Below are positions 53,118-61,867 of a stretch of DNA of 64,000 nucleotides, piece after piece. The notes under the pieces were generated by a model, which made no database searches, was not told where the DNA came from, and saw only the letters and a program-made list of their open reading frames with translations. The DNA comes from a virus. Location: IMG/VR virus record IMGVR_UViG_3300046533_000687, positions 1-64,000 of that record, one strand, 5' to 3'. The translations under genes were made by a program, and so were the position numbers. Position 1 is the stretch's first letter, and every line of letters starts with the position of its first letter.

Positions 53118-53790
53118 CGCGTCGTGCCTTTCGGCGGTGCGGCCTGGTTCTCGATTTCGAACGCCCGCGGCGTCGCGCGTCCGCTCCGCTCGCCGCGGGT
53201 GGTCTTGGTGAGCAGCCCCAGCCGGCGGGCCGTCGCGACGGCGGAGCGGGCCGCCGCCGCGCTGAGGCGCAGGCGCCGCGCGACGGCGGCGGTCGGCCGC
53301 GAGTTCAGCGCCGCGCAGGCCTCCGCATAGACGATCGCGACGCGGGCGTAGCGGCGCAGGTCCCGCTTGCGCCCCCGTGCGCCGCGTGTCGGGGCGGGCG
53401 CCCGGAAGCGGGCGAAGGGGACGTGTTTCAGGAACGCCGACAGCTCGCGCTCGAAGGCCCGCAGGCGAATCTTGCGCAAGACCGTCCGGGCCTGGATGCC
53501 GCCGGCCGGCACGGCCGCGTGGCTGCCGAGCACGTCCGCCGACCACCGCCCGGTCTGGGGTGTCCGCGGCTCCGCGGACGGGAACACGCGGATTTCGGCG
53601 ACGACGATTTGCGTGTCCTGCTGCTGCAGCCCGAGCCGATAGGCCGCGACCCAGTGCGCGTCGATCGCGTGCTCGAACCAGATGTCCGAGACGGACACGG
53701 CCCGCGGCGGCCGCTGCTCGTCGTGCGACGGTGCGGTGAGCGGCAGCCCCCCATAGAGCGCCTGCTCGGCGTCGTTGAGGAAGACGGTCC
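53114..53790 (-). CDS. HTH DNA-binding protein typically found upstream of integrases (5' end possibly truncated)
   Basis: YARVA.VY..A......PT..VA..L........V..AR..GLL; very high GC. Confidence 0.55.
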
Positions 53791-54050
53791 TATTTCGCCT
53801 CAATGATCGGCTCACGCGCCGCGAACGCCGCGCGGTGTGTTTGATATGTAGATTGATAGTGCTCGGCCAGCGGCTCGCGGCCGAAGCCCGAGACGACCTC
53901 GTGCCCGCAGGCTGGACACTTGTATTTGTCGGCGTCCCACAGCTTGTAGGGCGAGCCGTCTTCCATCTGCTCTTCGACCGTGACGCCGTTCTTCGCGACG
54001 CGCATGAAGGTGCCGCATGGGACGCAGACGAGGTTGCTGGTGGTGGGCAT
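53790..54050 (-). CDS. Zn-ribbon hypothetical protein
   Basis: CVPC ... YKLW.AD...CPACGHE. Confidence 0.6.
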   Translation of the reverse strand: MPTTSNLVCVPCGTFMRVAKNGVTVEEQMEDGSPYKLWDADKYKCPACGHEVVSGFGREPLAEHYQSTYQTHRAAFAAREPIIEAK

Positions 54051-54397
54051 TAGACCACCTCCTTCGTCGCACGATCCTCTTCGCTTGTCGACCACGCTCC
54101 GCCGTGTTCCTCACGCTGAGAGTTGAAGAAGGCGATGCACGCGTCGACACCCTGCTCGGCGAGGGCACTGTAATCTTGACGATAGTCGCCGATGAGGATG
54201 CGAAAGCGATGCGCCTCGTCTTCGGTGACCAAGGCCGTTTCAGGCAATTCCTTGGTCAAGTCTTCATCGCCACCTAGCAGCTGCGCGAGGGAGCCTAGCA
54301 CCTGATTCAGCTCGCCAAACCGTTTCCGGTAGGAGATGTAGAACGTACCGCAGTCGAGCAGTTCGTTTCCGTGTTCGGTAAGTGTGAAGGCCATCAA
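54050..54397 (-). CDS. hypothetical protein
   Basis: FYISY, ETAL, F.IL.GD.R..Y, C..FF...WS. Confidence 0.6.
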   Translation of the reverse strand: MMAFTLTEHGNELLDCGTFYISYRKRFGELNQVLGSLAQLLGGDEDLTKELPETALVTEDEAHRFRILIGDYRQDYSALAEQGVDACIAFFNSQREEHGGAWSTSEEDRATKEVV

Positions 54398-54618
54398 TCA
54401 TTCTCCGCGCTGATCGCGCACTGAACAGAGCAATATGGATGGTTGGTCTGGGCCTCGAACGGCAGTCCGCACCAGAGGCAACGCTCAACCTCGGGCAGTG
54501 CCTCGCGCGCCTCGTCGTCAAGCCTGCGGCGCTCGGCGATGGCGATGACCGATCTGGCGAACGCCTGGTCGCGGCGGTCCTGGCCGGTGCGGCCTCGGCG
54601 GAGGGGGTCGAAGGTCAT
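54394..54618 (-). CDS. Zn-finger small protein
   Basis: CLWCG ... YCSVQC. Confidence 0.55.
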   Translation of the reverse strand: MTFDPLRRGRTGQDRRDQAFARSVIAIAERRRLDDEAREALPEVERCLWCGLPFEAQTNHPYCSVQCAISAEND

Positions 54619-54815
54619 CGCGCCACCTCGTTTCCATCCCTATCAATTCCAAGCAGGTCAAGTACTGACTGCGTCGCGTTCTGCCTGGCAGTCCACGCAT
54701 CGAGGTTGACCTTGGACTTCAGAACGACGGCAGGCGCGGAGAATCCGCAGATCGTGCAGGAAATGCGCGTCGGAAATTTTGGGTGAATGTCGAAGGTATG
54801 CTTGTGAGCAGTCAT
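54615..54815 (-). CDS. small hypothetical protein
   Basis: CTICG; coupled to neighbours. Confidence 0.5.
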   Translation of the reverse strand: MTAHKHTFDIHPKFPTRISCTICGFSAPAVVLKSKVNLDAWTARQNATQSVLDLLGIDRDGNEVAR

Positions 54816-55042
54816 CGCACACCTTCGATCGCCTTGGTAATTTCCGCAGAGCCCTCATCAGCGCGAAGATACGCAAGGTGGTAGAGGCGCAACGTTCCGT
54901 CGTCCTCGATGACCACGTATGATCCTTGTCGGATCGCGTCCTTGTCGGCTTTGTCAGGAGTGCGCTTGTCGAGCGCACGAACGTCTGCAAGAACTGCGAG
55001 ACGCTTGATTGTGACTGGGTTTCCGAAGCGGCCGTAAATCAT
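54812..55042 (-). CDS. hypothetical protein
   Basis: GGGAGA RBS; LRAD.G..EI. Confidence 0.6.
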   Translation of the reverse strand: MIYGRFGNPVTIKRLAVLADVRALDKRTPDKADKDAIRQGSYVVIEDDGTLRLYHLAYLRADEGSAEITKAIEGVR

Positions 55043-55095
55043 GATGTCTCCCTTCGTGGCGGCGCCCGGTTCGTCGGGTCGCGGCTGACATGGAC

Positions 55096-55143
55096 AATAT
55101 ACTACGGATCAGACCGCCTGTACACAACTATTTTAAATAGTTG
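55096..55143 (-). promoter_or_regulatory. sigma70-like leftward promoter with upstream palindrome
   Basis: Minus strand TGTACA-N17-TATATT; CAACTATTTTAAATAGTTG near-palindrome at 55125-55143. Confidence 0.6.
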
Positions 55144-55410
55144 CTAAGTCTTTATAGATGAGCCACTTAGTGCCTCGTCGACCCGCGCGTTCCAGGCATC
55201 AGCGCCGCAATGGCAAACACCGGTAAACACTATCCTCTGATTCGCGCACATCTCCTCGTGCTCTCGCTTCGATTCCTGCAGTAAGGAGATCAGCGGCTCG
55301 GCATATGTCGCGATGATGGCCGCGATGTGCTCGACACGTGGCCTGTTACGTATGCGCGGTAGCTCGTTATAGATGTGCTGCGCGGCCTTGGACGCCCAGT
55401 CATGCAACAT
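55144..55410 (-). CDS. hypothetical protein
   Basis: GAGGTGG RBS; C.CGAD.WN. Confidence 0.5.
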   Translation of the reverse strand: MLHDWASKAAQHIYNELPRIRNRPRVEHIAAIIATYAEPLISLLQESKREHEEMCANQRIVFTGVCHCGADAWNARVDEALSGSSIKT

Positions 55411-55574
55411 GATCCCACCTCGTCACGGTAATCCTTATCGGCCCGATGTAGAGTGACGTGATACGGCCCCTTGGAGCTTCTTGCAGCGTGCTCAGTATGC
55501 CGAACAAGAACGTGAACTCGTGAACGTTGACGCTGAATTGCCAGGTACCACTGACGCATGCATAGAGCTTCACT

Positions 55575-56348
55575 TCAATATCCTATCATCGGCCGCGTCA
55601 CCACGCTCGAATCCCCCTTCTCATATGCCAGCCTCACCAGCCGCTCCGCCTCCGCCTCGCCTTGCGCGTCGATGACCTGCGAGATGCACGCTGGCAGCTC
55701 GATAAACCAGCCGCTTCCATAGCCAGAGTTGATGCCCGGCGGATTCCTTCCGAGGTCCCGTGCGACGCGATCCATCAGCTTGAACGCGGCATTGGACGGG
55801 CGGCTATAGCCGTTGCTGCCCATGAGGATGCGTCGCTTGCAGATGTCGCACGTCGAGACCAGCCACTGCTGACCTGAGTAGGGCGTGAACTGCCGCTCGT
55901 ACTCCTGCGACTCCTTGAAAAGGTGCGGGCAGTCGATCTGCTTGCAGCGCAGGCAGAAGCGGATGCAGCGGCGGTCGCTGAACAGGTCGAAGGCCCACAT
56001 GGTGCCAGCGGAAGGGTTATCAATCTGCTCAGATCGTGGTCGGCGGTCATTATGCCAGGCATCGTATTCTTGGTTCCGCCATTCCAGCGACGCGTTGACC
56101 CACTTGTGCTCGCGGTAGAGGAAGTTGTGCGCCTTGCGGTTGTTGATGCTATGCAGCTCGGCGGTGTTCTTCTCGTCGTAGAGGCCGTCGATGGAGGTGA
56201 TGATGATCATTTTACTCTCCGCGTGCCACGAGATAGGATGCCCGCATACACCGCAGTGCCTGTCGGAGCTTAGGTTTCGAGGGGCTGACGCCTGCGTATG
56301 ACCACAGACCGCGCCACCGCCACGCCAATTAGGATCGTCTGATATCAT
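55575..56348 (-). CDS. Cys-rich hypothetical protein
   Basis: Multiple CxxC; coupled start. Confidence 0.55.
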   Translation of the reverse strand: MISDDPNWRGGGAVCGHTQASAPRNLSSDRHCGVCGHPISWHAESKMIIITSIDGLYDEKNTAELHSINNRKAHNFLYREHKWVNASLEWRNQEYDAWHNDRRPRSEQIDNPSAGTMWAFDLFSDRRCIRFCLRCKQIDCPHLFKESQEYERQFTPYSGQQWLVSTCDICKRRILMGSNGYSRPSNAAFKLMDRVARDLGRNPPGINSGYGSGWFIELPACISQVIDAQGEAEAERLVRLAYEKGDSSVVTRPMIGY

Positions 56349-56695
56349 TTCGCCTCCCACCTGACGCATCCGAAGTCGTGCTGCGTTCGCATCCGGAAGT
56401 TGATCTTTTCACCTCCGTCATACATGACCCGAGCGACCATCGTCGGCAGCGTGCACTCGGCCGTATTGACGGACGTCACGGTGTCGAGGTCCCAGTGCTT
56501 GCACGTCTCGCACCGTGGCACTGGCATGTAGGCTGTGTCGGGGAGCATGGGGCAGTGCTTGAGGATGATCGTCCTATAACTATCTGCAACACGCTGTCGC
56601 TGTTCGTCGGTCACATACGAGTCGCGTCCAGGCCCGAAGGAAAAATAGCTAGCAAGTTCCTTTGCGGCTTCCTGCGCCCAGTCCTTCACGATCAT
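56345..56695 (-). CDS. hypothetical protein
   Basis: CETCKHW ... DFGC..WE; GGAGG RBS. Confidence 0.55.
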   Translation of the reverse strand: MIVKDWAQEAAKELASYFSFGPGRDSYVTDEQRQRVADSYRTIILKHCPMLPDTAYMPVPRCETCKHWDLDTVTSVNTAECTLPTMVARVMYDGGEKINFRMRTQHDFGCVRWEAK

Positions 56696-58404
56696 TCTTC
56701 CTCCAGCGTCCGCACCCACCCGCTCACCGTCAGGTCGTTGATGTTCATCTTCCCGAGGCGGTGCAGGATGACGTGATGATCGATCGTCTTTTGCCCGCGC
56801 GGCCCGACCGCCACCAGATAGAAGAAGCTGACCGGCCCCGTCTGTCCCGTGCGGTTCACTCGCGCGTCGCCCTGGCGCTTCTTCCATGGCGAGAAGTCGT
56901 ACGAGATGTCGAGTACCGTGCGGCACGCCGTGAAGTTCAGGCCCATCGCGCCGGTGCCCTGCGTCGCGCCGACCGTTGCCGGACCGACGGGTGCGGTCTT
57001 CGGATGGAGCAGTCGCAGCGCGAAGTCGCGCTCGGCCTTCTGATTCATCTCGCCGTCGAGGACCTTCTGGCCGCAGGCCGCGCCGACCGGGATGCTTGGA
57101 TGTGCCAGCTGCTCTTCCTTCAGGTACCGTTTCAGCTCGGGCACGAACCGGCACCAGGTCAATAATTTGAGGTTCGGATACCGCTTCAGCAGCTCAGCAT
57201 GCCACTCGAGCGTGAAGTCGAGCTTCTCGCGGCCTATCTCTTGGACCGTTAGCTGCGGATTCCACAGCCGATGCTCCTGCCTGTCCACTTCACCCTTGCT
57301 GATCGGCTCGGACAATCCATCGAACCAGAGATCCGGGACATTGGTGCTGACTTCATCTATCCCCGCATCCTCCACCCCTCCCAAGAATCCGCTCGTGATC
57401 TGCGCCAGCCGGATCGTCTTCACCGCCGCCGTCCGCGCTGTCGCCACGCCCGACTTCAGCCACACGACCATCTCGTTCCGCATCGCGACGTAGTGCTTCC
57501 ACGTCTCCTTCGTCAGCGTCACCTCCAGGCACACGGGCGGCAGGGCGAAGTCGACGCCGAAGTCCTTCGCCTCGCGGCGCAGCACGTAGGGCGCCAGCCG
57601 CTGCTGGAGGTCCTTGACCCCTTCTTCCGACCACCCGGCGATGTTCTGCACGACGCTGCCGTAGCGGACCATCGGCTTGCCGCGCTCGAGTACCGGCTCC
57701 TGGACCGCATAGCGCGCCTTGAAGTGCGTGACATACTTGCAGTCGAGGATCGACGGGTGCAGCAGGTTCGCCTGGCTGAACAGGTCCAGCGGACTCTCGG
57801 CCACGGGCGTGCCGTTGAGCTCGAGGATGCGGCCGCAGCGCGGCACGCCGAGCACCGGCCGCTTCCTGACGTTTGCCTGCCAGCGCAGGAGCATGCAGGC
57901 TTCGGTCTGCGCCGAGGCATGGCCGCGCACGGCGGAGGATTCGTCGAGGATGAGCATGGTCTTCGGGCCGCAGTAGGCCAGGAGCACCTCGAGATTCTGT
58001 CGGCTGCGGATATATTCGTAGTTGGTGACGATGATGCGCAGCGGGCTAGCATCCTTCGGTCCGTGCTCCCACTGCCGGATCTTGCTGTGATACTCGCTGA
58101 CGATGACGCGCTTGTCTTCGAACGCCTGCTCGTAGATCTGACCGAGATCCTTGTCGAACCAGACCTTCGGCCGCACGGCAGCTGGCGCGACGATGATGAC
58201 GCGGTCGATGAGGTCGGCGTCGTGCAGGAACTGCGCGGCGATCAGCGCCTGAGCAGATTTCATCCCGCCCATATCGTCAGCGAGCAGCGCGTAGGGATGG
58301 TCGAGCAGGAACTGCACGCCAATCTTCACGTGCTCAGGTGGCGGACTCCAGAAGCCTGGCTCACCTGGCACCCACACGGAGCGGCAGCGGGAGAAGTCGA
58401 TCAT
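56692..58404 (-). CDS. SNF2-family (DEAD/H-like) helicase
   Basis: LLADDMGGMKS, VTNYE, ILDES, LNGTP, G.MGLNF, Q.DAR..R.GQ. Confidence 0.9.
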   Translation of the reverse strand: MIDFSRCRSVWVPGEPGFWSPPPEHVKIGVQFLLDHPYALLADDMGGMKSAQALIAAQFLHDADLIDRVIIVAPAAVRPKVWFDKDLGQIYEQAFEDKRVIVSEYHSKIRQWEHGPKDASPLRIIVTNYEYIRSRQNLEVLLAYCGPKTMLILDESSAVRGHASAQTEACMLLRWQANVRKRPVLGVPRCGRILELNGTPVAESPLDLFSQANLLHPSILDCKYVTHFKARYAVQEPVLERGKPMVRYGSVVQNIAGWSEEGVKDLQQRLAPYVLRREAKDFGVDFALPPVCLEVTLTKETWKHYVAMRNEMVVWLKSGVATARTAAVKTIRLAQITSGFLGGVEDAGIDEVSTNVPDLWFDGLSEPISKGEVDRQEHRLWNPQLTVQEIGREKLDFTLEWHAELLKRYPNLKLLTWCRFVPELKRYLKEEQLAHPSIPVGAACGQKVLDGEMNQKAERDFALRLLHPKTAPVGPATVGATQGTGAMGLNFTACRTVLDISYDFSPWKKRQGDARVNRTGQTGPVSFFYLVAVGPRGQKTIDHHVILHRLGKMNINDLTVSGWVRTLEEE

Positions 58405-58577
58405 CGACTCTCCAGCTGCGCCTGAAAGTGCCTGATATTCTCCGCCTGGATCTCGAGCCGCTGCTGCTGCTGATCGATGATGTGCTCGAGGTGGCAGATG
58501 CTACGCTTCAGCTGCGCGTTGTCCTGCTTGAGCTGCGCGTTCTCTGCTCGCAACTTCGATATGGTGATGTCGTTCAT
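58401..58577 (-). CDS. small coiled-coil protein (not in ORF track)
   Basis: MNDITISKLRAENAQLKQDNAQLK... Confidence 0.5.
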   Translation of the reverse strand: MNDITISKLRAENAQLKQDNAQLKRSICHLEHIIDQQQQRLEIQAENIRHFQAQLESR

Positions 58578-58939
58578 GTGTTCTTCAACTCGTCTTCCAG
58601 TTCTCGGATGTGCGCGGCCATGGACTCGTTGTTCACCTCGCGGTCGTCGATGATCTGCTGAATATCTGCCTTGAGCGCGGCGTTCTCCTGCTGGAGACGG
58701 GAGACGTCGGCCTCGGCTAACTCGCAGCGTTCAAGGACGTTATGGTCGCACCACTTCATCCATTTGTCTGGACTATGGAGTAATTCAAGTGCTTGATGGA
58801 GCGCCTCGCGGAGACGGGAGACTTCGGCCAACAGAAAATGAATATCATCGGTATGTTTGAACGTGCCGATGTAGTAATCAGTCGCCAGATTCTCAGCAAT
58901 TCGCTGGAGGCGTGTGGGGGTGTCGTCAGGCTCACTCAT
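58574..58939 (-). CDS. Ead/Ea22-like coiled-coil hypothetical protein
   Basis: D..FLLAEV.RLR motif; starts with PDDTP. Confidence 0.55.
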   Translation of the reverse strand: MSEPDDTPTRLQRIAENLATDYYIGTFKHTDDIHFLLAEVSRLREALHQALELLHSPDKWMKWCDHNVLERCELAEADVSRLQQENAALKADIQQIIDDREVNNESMAAHIRELEDELKNT

Positions 58940-59598
58940 GGGTCCAAGCCTCCGCAAGTTCTGCGAGGTGTGCGAGTCGGGCATCCTGCACCGCTATTCG
59001 GTTCTGCGCCTCTTGGAGCGCCTCGCGGAGACGGGTGACTTCGGCCAGCAGGAATTGCACGTCGGTATTGATGTCGGCCTGATCTTGCCACCGCTTCTCT
59101 ATCTCATCGAGACGTGTGGGGGTGTCGTCAGGGGCGACGGGCGCGGGGCGATGAACAGGGCAATCCTTCGCATCGCTAAACGGTCCTGTGCAGCGCGGGG
59201 TGTCGTCAGGGGCGACGGAAGGCGACTCGATGGGCGCTTTACACGCGGTCGGCTCGTGAGCCAACCGGACTGCCTTATTCGGATATTCGGCAGACGCCAT
59301 CGAATCACCATCACTCGCTCGCGGGGTGTCGTCAGGGGCGACGGGCGGCTTAGTCATGCGTTCCTCGTGGTGGATTTTGATGTGGCGGAATCAATCCCTC
59401 GTCCTCACAGCGGAGGCAGGAATCGTCTCCGTTGTTGATCCATGCCTCGTCGTCGTCGCTCACCGAGACCCAGCCGGGACAGCCGCAAATTAAGGGCTGC
59501 CCATCATAGAACCAGTTGAAACGGTCGGCTTCAGCGCCTACATCGCCGCAACAAGGACACTCAAGTGTGTCCGGTTTTCGCGTGGTGTCGTCAGGGGG
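58911..59598. repeat. five dispersed GGTGTCGTCAGG(GGCGACGG) direct repeats
   Basis: Copies at ~58911, 59113, 59195, 59321, 59584. Confidence 0.85.
58932..59357 (-). CDS. hypothetical protein with three VAPDDTP repeats
   Basis: Repeats visible in DNA and protein. Confidence 0.6.
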   Translation of the reverse strand: MTKPPVAPDDTPRASDGDSMASAEYPNKAVRLAHEPTACKAPIESPSVAPDDTPRCTGPFSDAKDCPVHRPAPVAPDDTPTRLDEIEKRWQDQADINTDVQFLLAEVTRLREALQEAQNRIAVQDARLAHLAELAEAWTHE

Positions 59599-59718
59599 GC
59601 GGGACGCGGCGGTCATCGGCTGCACCTCAGCTCTCGTTAAGGGCTTGCTGCACGTCGGACAGATATTCCAGCGCGTCGGCGCTTGCAGACCATGTTCTGA
59701 ACAATGCCAGATGCTCAT
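59350..59718 (-). CDS. Cys-rich hypothetical protein
   Basis: HCSEHG, CPTC, CPCC; contains PPDDT. Confidence 0.5.
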   Translation of the reverse strand: MSIWHCSEHGLQAPTRWNICPTCSKPLTRAEVQPMTAASRPPDDTTRKPDTLECPCCGDVGAEADRFNWFYDGQPLICGCPGWVSVSDDDEAWINNGDDSCLRCEDEGLIPPHQNPPRGTHD

Positions 59719-59843
59719 GGGTCGGTCCTCTCAGTGCCCGCCGCCAACTCGATAGATCGCAGTCAGAACATGCCGGAAGGTCGGTTCCGGGGCAAGTCCC
59801 CACCACAACTCGACCGCAACCAAAAGAACAATCCATACTCGGC

Positions 59844-60074
59844 TCATGGCTGCTCCTTGGGGCCGTCGGCGGCGTCGGTAATCGCCACATCCAGAGCCAC
59901 GCGCACATCGAGTGATTCCGGTTGATGTGGGTGGCCCTCCCACTCCACGGTATGGAGAAACGCTAACGCCTGCCGCGCAGCCACAAGTAGGGCATCGCGT
60001 TGCTTGATCAATTGTGACCGCTGGACGGAGAGGTCGTGAATCGCCATGTCCTGAAAGTCGTATTGCGGTTCCAT
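59844..60074 (-). CDS. hypothetical protein
   Basis: GGAG RBS; ends ADGP.E. Confidence 0.5.
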   Translation of the reverse strand: MEPQYDFQDMAIHDLSVQRSQLIKQRDALLVAARQALAFLHTVEWEGHPHQPESLDVRVALDVAITDAADGPKEQP

Positions 60075-60284
60075 CTACTTCTCCTCCTTGGGGGCGGGGC
60101 CGTCGGCCTGCGCCCAATGCACGACCACGAAGTCCTCGATGCAATTCTCGTGATTGATCATCGCGTCCTTGCCAACCTTCCGCATCTGTTCACACCAATA
60201 CGGCCAGTAGTCGCGGAGGATGTCGGCCTCGGTCACGACATACTCACCGCTCGGATCTTGGTAGCGCCAGCGACTTTCGGGCAT
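60075..60284 (-). CDS. hypothetical protein
   Basis: TEA.IL..YW.YW..QM..VG....I..ENCI.DF.VVHWA. Confidence 0.6.
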   Translation of the reverse strand: MPESRWRYQDPSGEYVVTEADILRDYWPYWCEQMRKVGKDAMINHENCIEDFVVVHWAQADGPAPKEEK

Positions 60285-60425
60285 AGGGGCTTCCTGAACT
60301 TTCTCGGCTTCGGCCGCATCGACAGCAGCATCAGCACAACTGCTCGGTGAAACCGCTCGTGACGTTCGCGACCTGTCCCCTGCGAGGGATTTGTCGCCAA
60401 CATCCACAGTTCGTGAGCGATCCAG

Positions 60426-60680
60426 TCAGCTTCCATCGTCTGCTTTCAAGGGGCCGTCGGCCTGCGCGAGGGCGGCGCGAATGGCGGTGTGCCACTGATA
60501 GGCAGACTTGTCCGCAAGAATGGCCCGCAACAGATCCTCCAGCGCGGGCAGCGCCACGAAGGCGCGGGCGTCGGCTTCCTCACAGACCACGGCCACGATA
60601 CGACCACCGCCCAGCACGAGCCATCCGCCCATGAGGTCGCTGTATTCCACGGTGAGCGGGGCGGGTGTCCTCGGCATCAT
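60426..60680 (-). CDS. hypothetical protein
   Basis: TP.P, EADAR...A.P.L..L, RAALA.A. Confidence 0.55.
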   Translation of the reverse strand: MMPRTPAPLTVEYSDLMGGWLVLGGGRIVAVVCEEADARAFVALPALEDLLRAILADKSAYQWHTAIRAALAQADGPLKADDGS

Positions 60681-60889
60681 ATCTCCAATCCTTGAAATAT
60701 ACAGTTCGTGATCAGCGCGTCTGGAGGTGAAGTAAACAGGAAGCGTCCGAAGAATGAATAATGGCGCATGTCGACCGCGTATTCATCGGGTCCGGTCAGG
60801 AAGACGCAGCGCGTCACGATCAGATCCTCAGCCAGTGGATGCTGCTGGATGACCAGTCCGCCGCGTCTCAGTTCGTCGTGGATGATCAT
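60677..60889 (-). CDS. hypothetical protein
   Basis: GAGGAG RBS. Confidence 0.45.
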   Translation of the reverse strand: MIIHDELRRGGLVIQQHPLAEDLIVTRCVFLTGPDEYAVDMRHYSFFGRFLFTSPPDALITNCIFQGLEI

Positions 60890-61065
60890 TTATCTCCTCT
60901 TTTCACATACGACCGCATCTGCCGCCGCACGAGCGGCGTCTTGCAGATCGGGCACAGCCCCCACGGATGATCCTCTTCTGAATGATACGTGCGCTCGCCA
61001 ATGTACTCACAGTTCGGGCAGCGGATGGGCTGACGGGGTAGGGAACCGACGCCGATGCCGCTCAT
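60886..61065 (-). CDS. Zn-ribbon small protein
   Basis: CPNC ... CPIC. Confidence 0.5.
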   Translation of the reverse strand: MSGIGVGSLPRQPIRCPNCEYIGERTYHSEEDHPWGLCPICKTPLVRRQMRSYVKRGDK

Positions 61066-61201
61066 ATTCTCCTCAACCACTTAAACCGCCAACCGAACAG
61101 CACGTAGGTCCGCGTATAGCCGTAGCGTTCCGAAAAGATCAATGGCGCGTCTGCCTGCTTCCATGCGAGGCCAGGACCGTTGCGCCAGAAGCGGAACCAG
61201 G

Positions 61202-61501
61202 TCATCTCATCCACCTCAGCAGCGCCCAGGCCGCTATCGGCCACAGGATGATGACGACGATCGACCCCCACTCCGTCTTACGCTCGTCCTTCTTCACGCT
61301 GATCGTCTTCATCGTGTCGAGCAGCAGGAGCAGCGCCGCGAAGTGCCAGAAGTTGATGCTCGGCGCGCCGAGCGGCACGATGAACCACGCCCAGGCCGGG
61401 TAGAGCCACCATGCACGCCAGGTGATACCAGCCAGGATGATGCCCATGATGATCGGCGTGCCGATGACGAGCGCGCCGATGGAGGTGAGGATTTCAGACA
61501 T
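61202..61501 (-). CDS. membrane protein
   Basis: Multiple hydrophobic segments, W.WFIVPLG.P.I. Confidence 0.6.
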   Translation of the reverse strand: MSEILTSIGALVIGTPIIMGIILAGITWRAWWLYPAWAWFIVPLGAPSINFWHFAALLLLLDTMKTISVKKDERKTEWGSIVVIILWPIAAWALLRWMR

Positions 61502-61688
61502 AGATGTCCTCGGCCCTCGGCCCCTTATCCGCCATCACGTCCTCGAACGTCACCTCCTGGCCCCTGGCCAGCTCCTCCAGGCTGCAGTTCTTGAGCGCCG
61601 AGCGGTGCGCGAAGTACTGCTTGTTATCGGTGCCGAGGATGAACATGAAGCCCTTGTCCTTGTGGATGCTTTGAATGGTGCCGGTCAT
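61494..61688 (-). CDS. cold-shock domain protein
   Basis: KGFMFI (RNP1), YFAHRS (RNP2), GQEVTFE, KGPRA. Confidence 0.85.
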   Translation of the reverse strand: MTGTIQSIHKDKGFMFILGTDNKQYFAHRSALKNCSLEELARGQEVTFEDVMADKGPRAEDIYV

Positions 61689-61867
61689 GCTGATTTCCTC
61701 AATTCCTCAATCTTACGTTGTTGGATATGCCCACACTTGACGCACTCGCGTCGCTGCACTTCGTCGAACGTCTGGCCGAACATGGGCGTATAGAGCGACC
61801 GCGTGGCGACGTGCCACTTGGTAAACTCGAGATGAAGGCATGTAAATCGACGAAACCACGCGAACAT
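61685..61867 (-). CDS. hypothetical protein
   Basis: FTCLH ... RECVKCG. Confidence 0.45.
   Translation of the reverse strand: MFAWFRRFTCLHLEFTKWHVATRSLYTPMFGQTFDEVQRRECVKCGHIQQRKIEELRKSA

Noticed and set aside
58911-59598. Possible CRISPR or mini-array
   Set aside because: Repeats are short, irregularly spaced, in frame within coding genes, and no cas genes are present.
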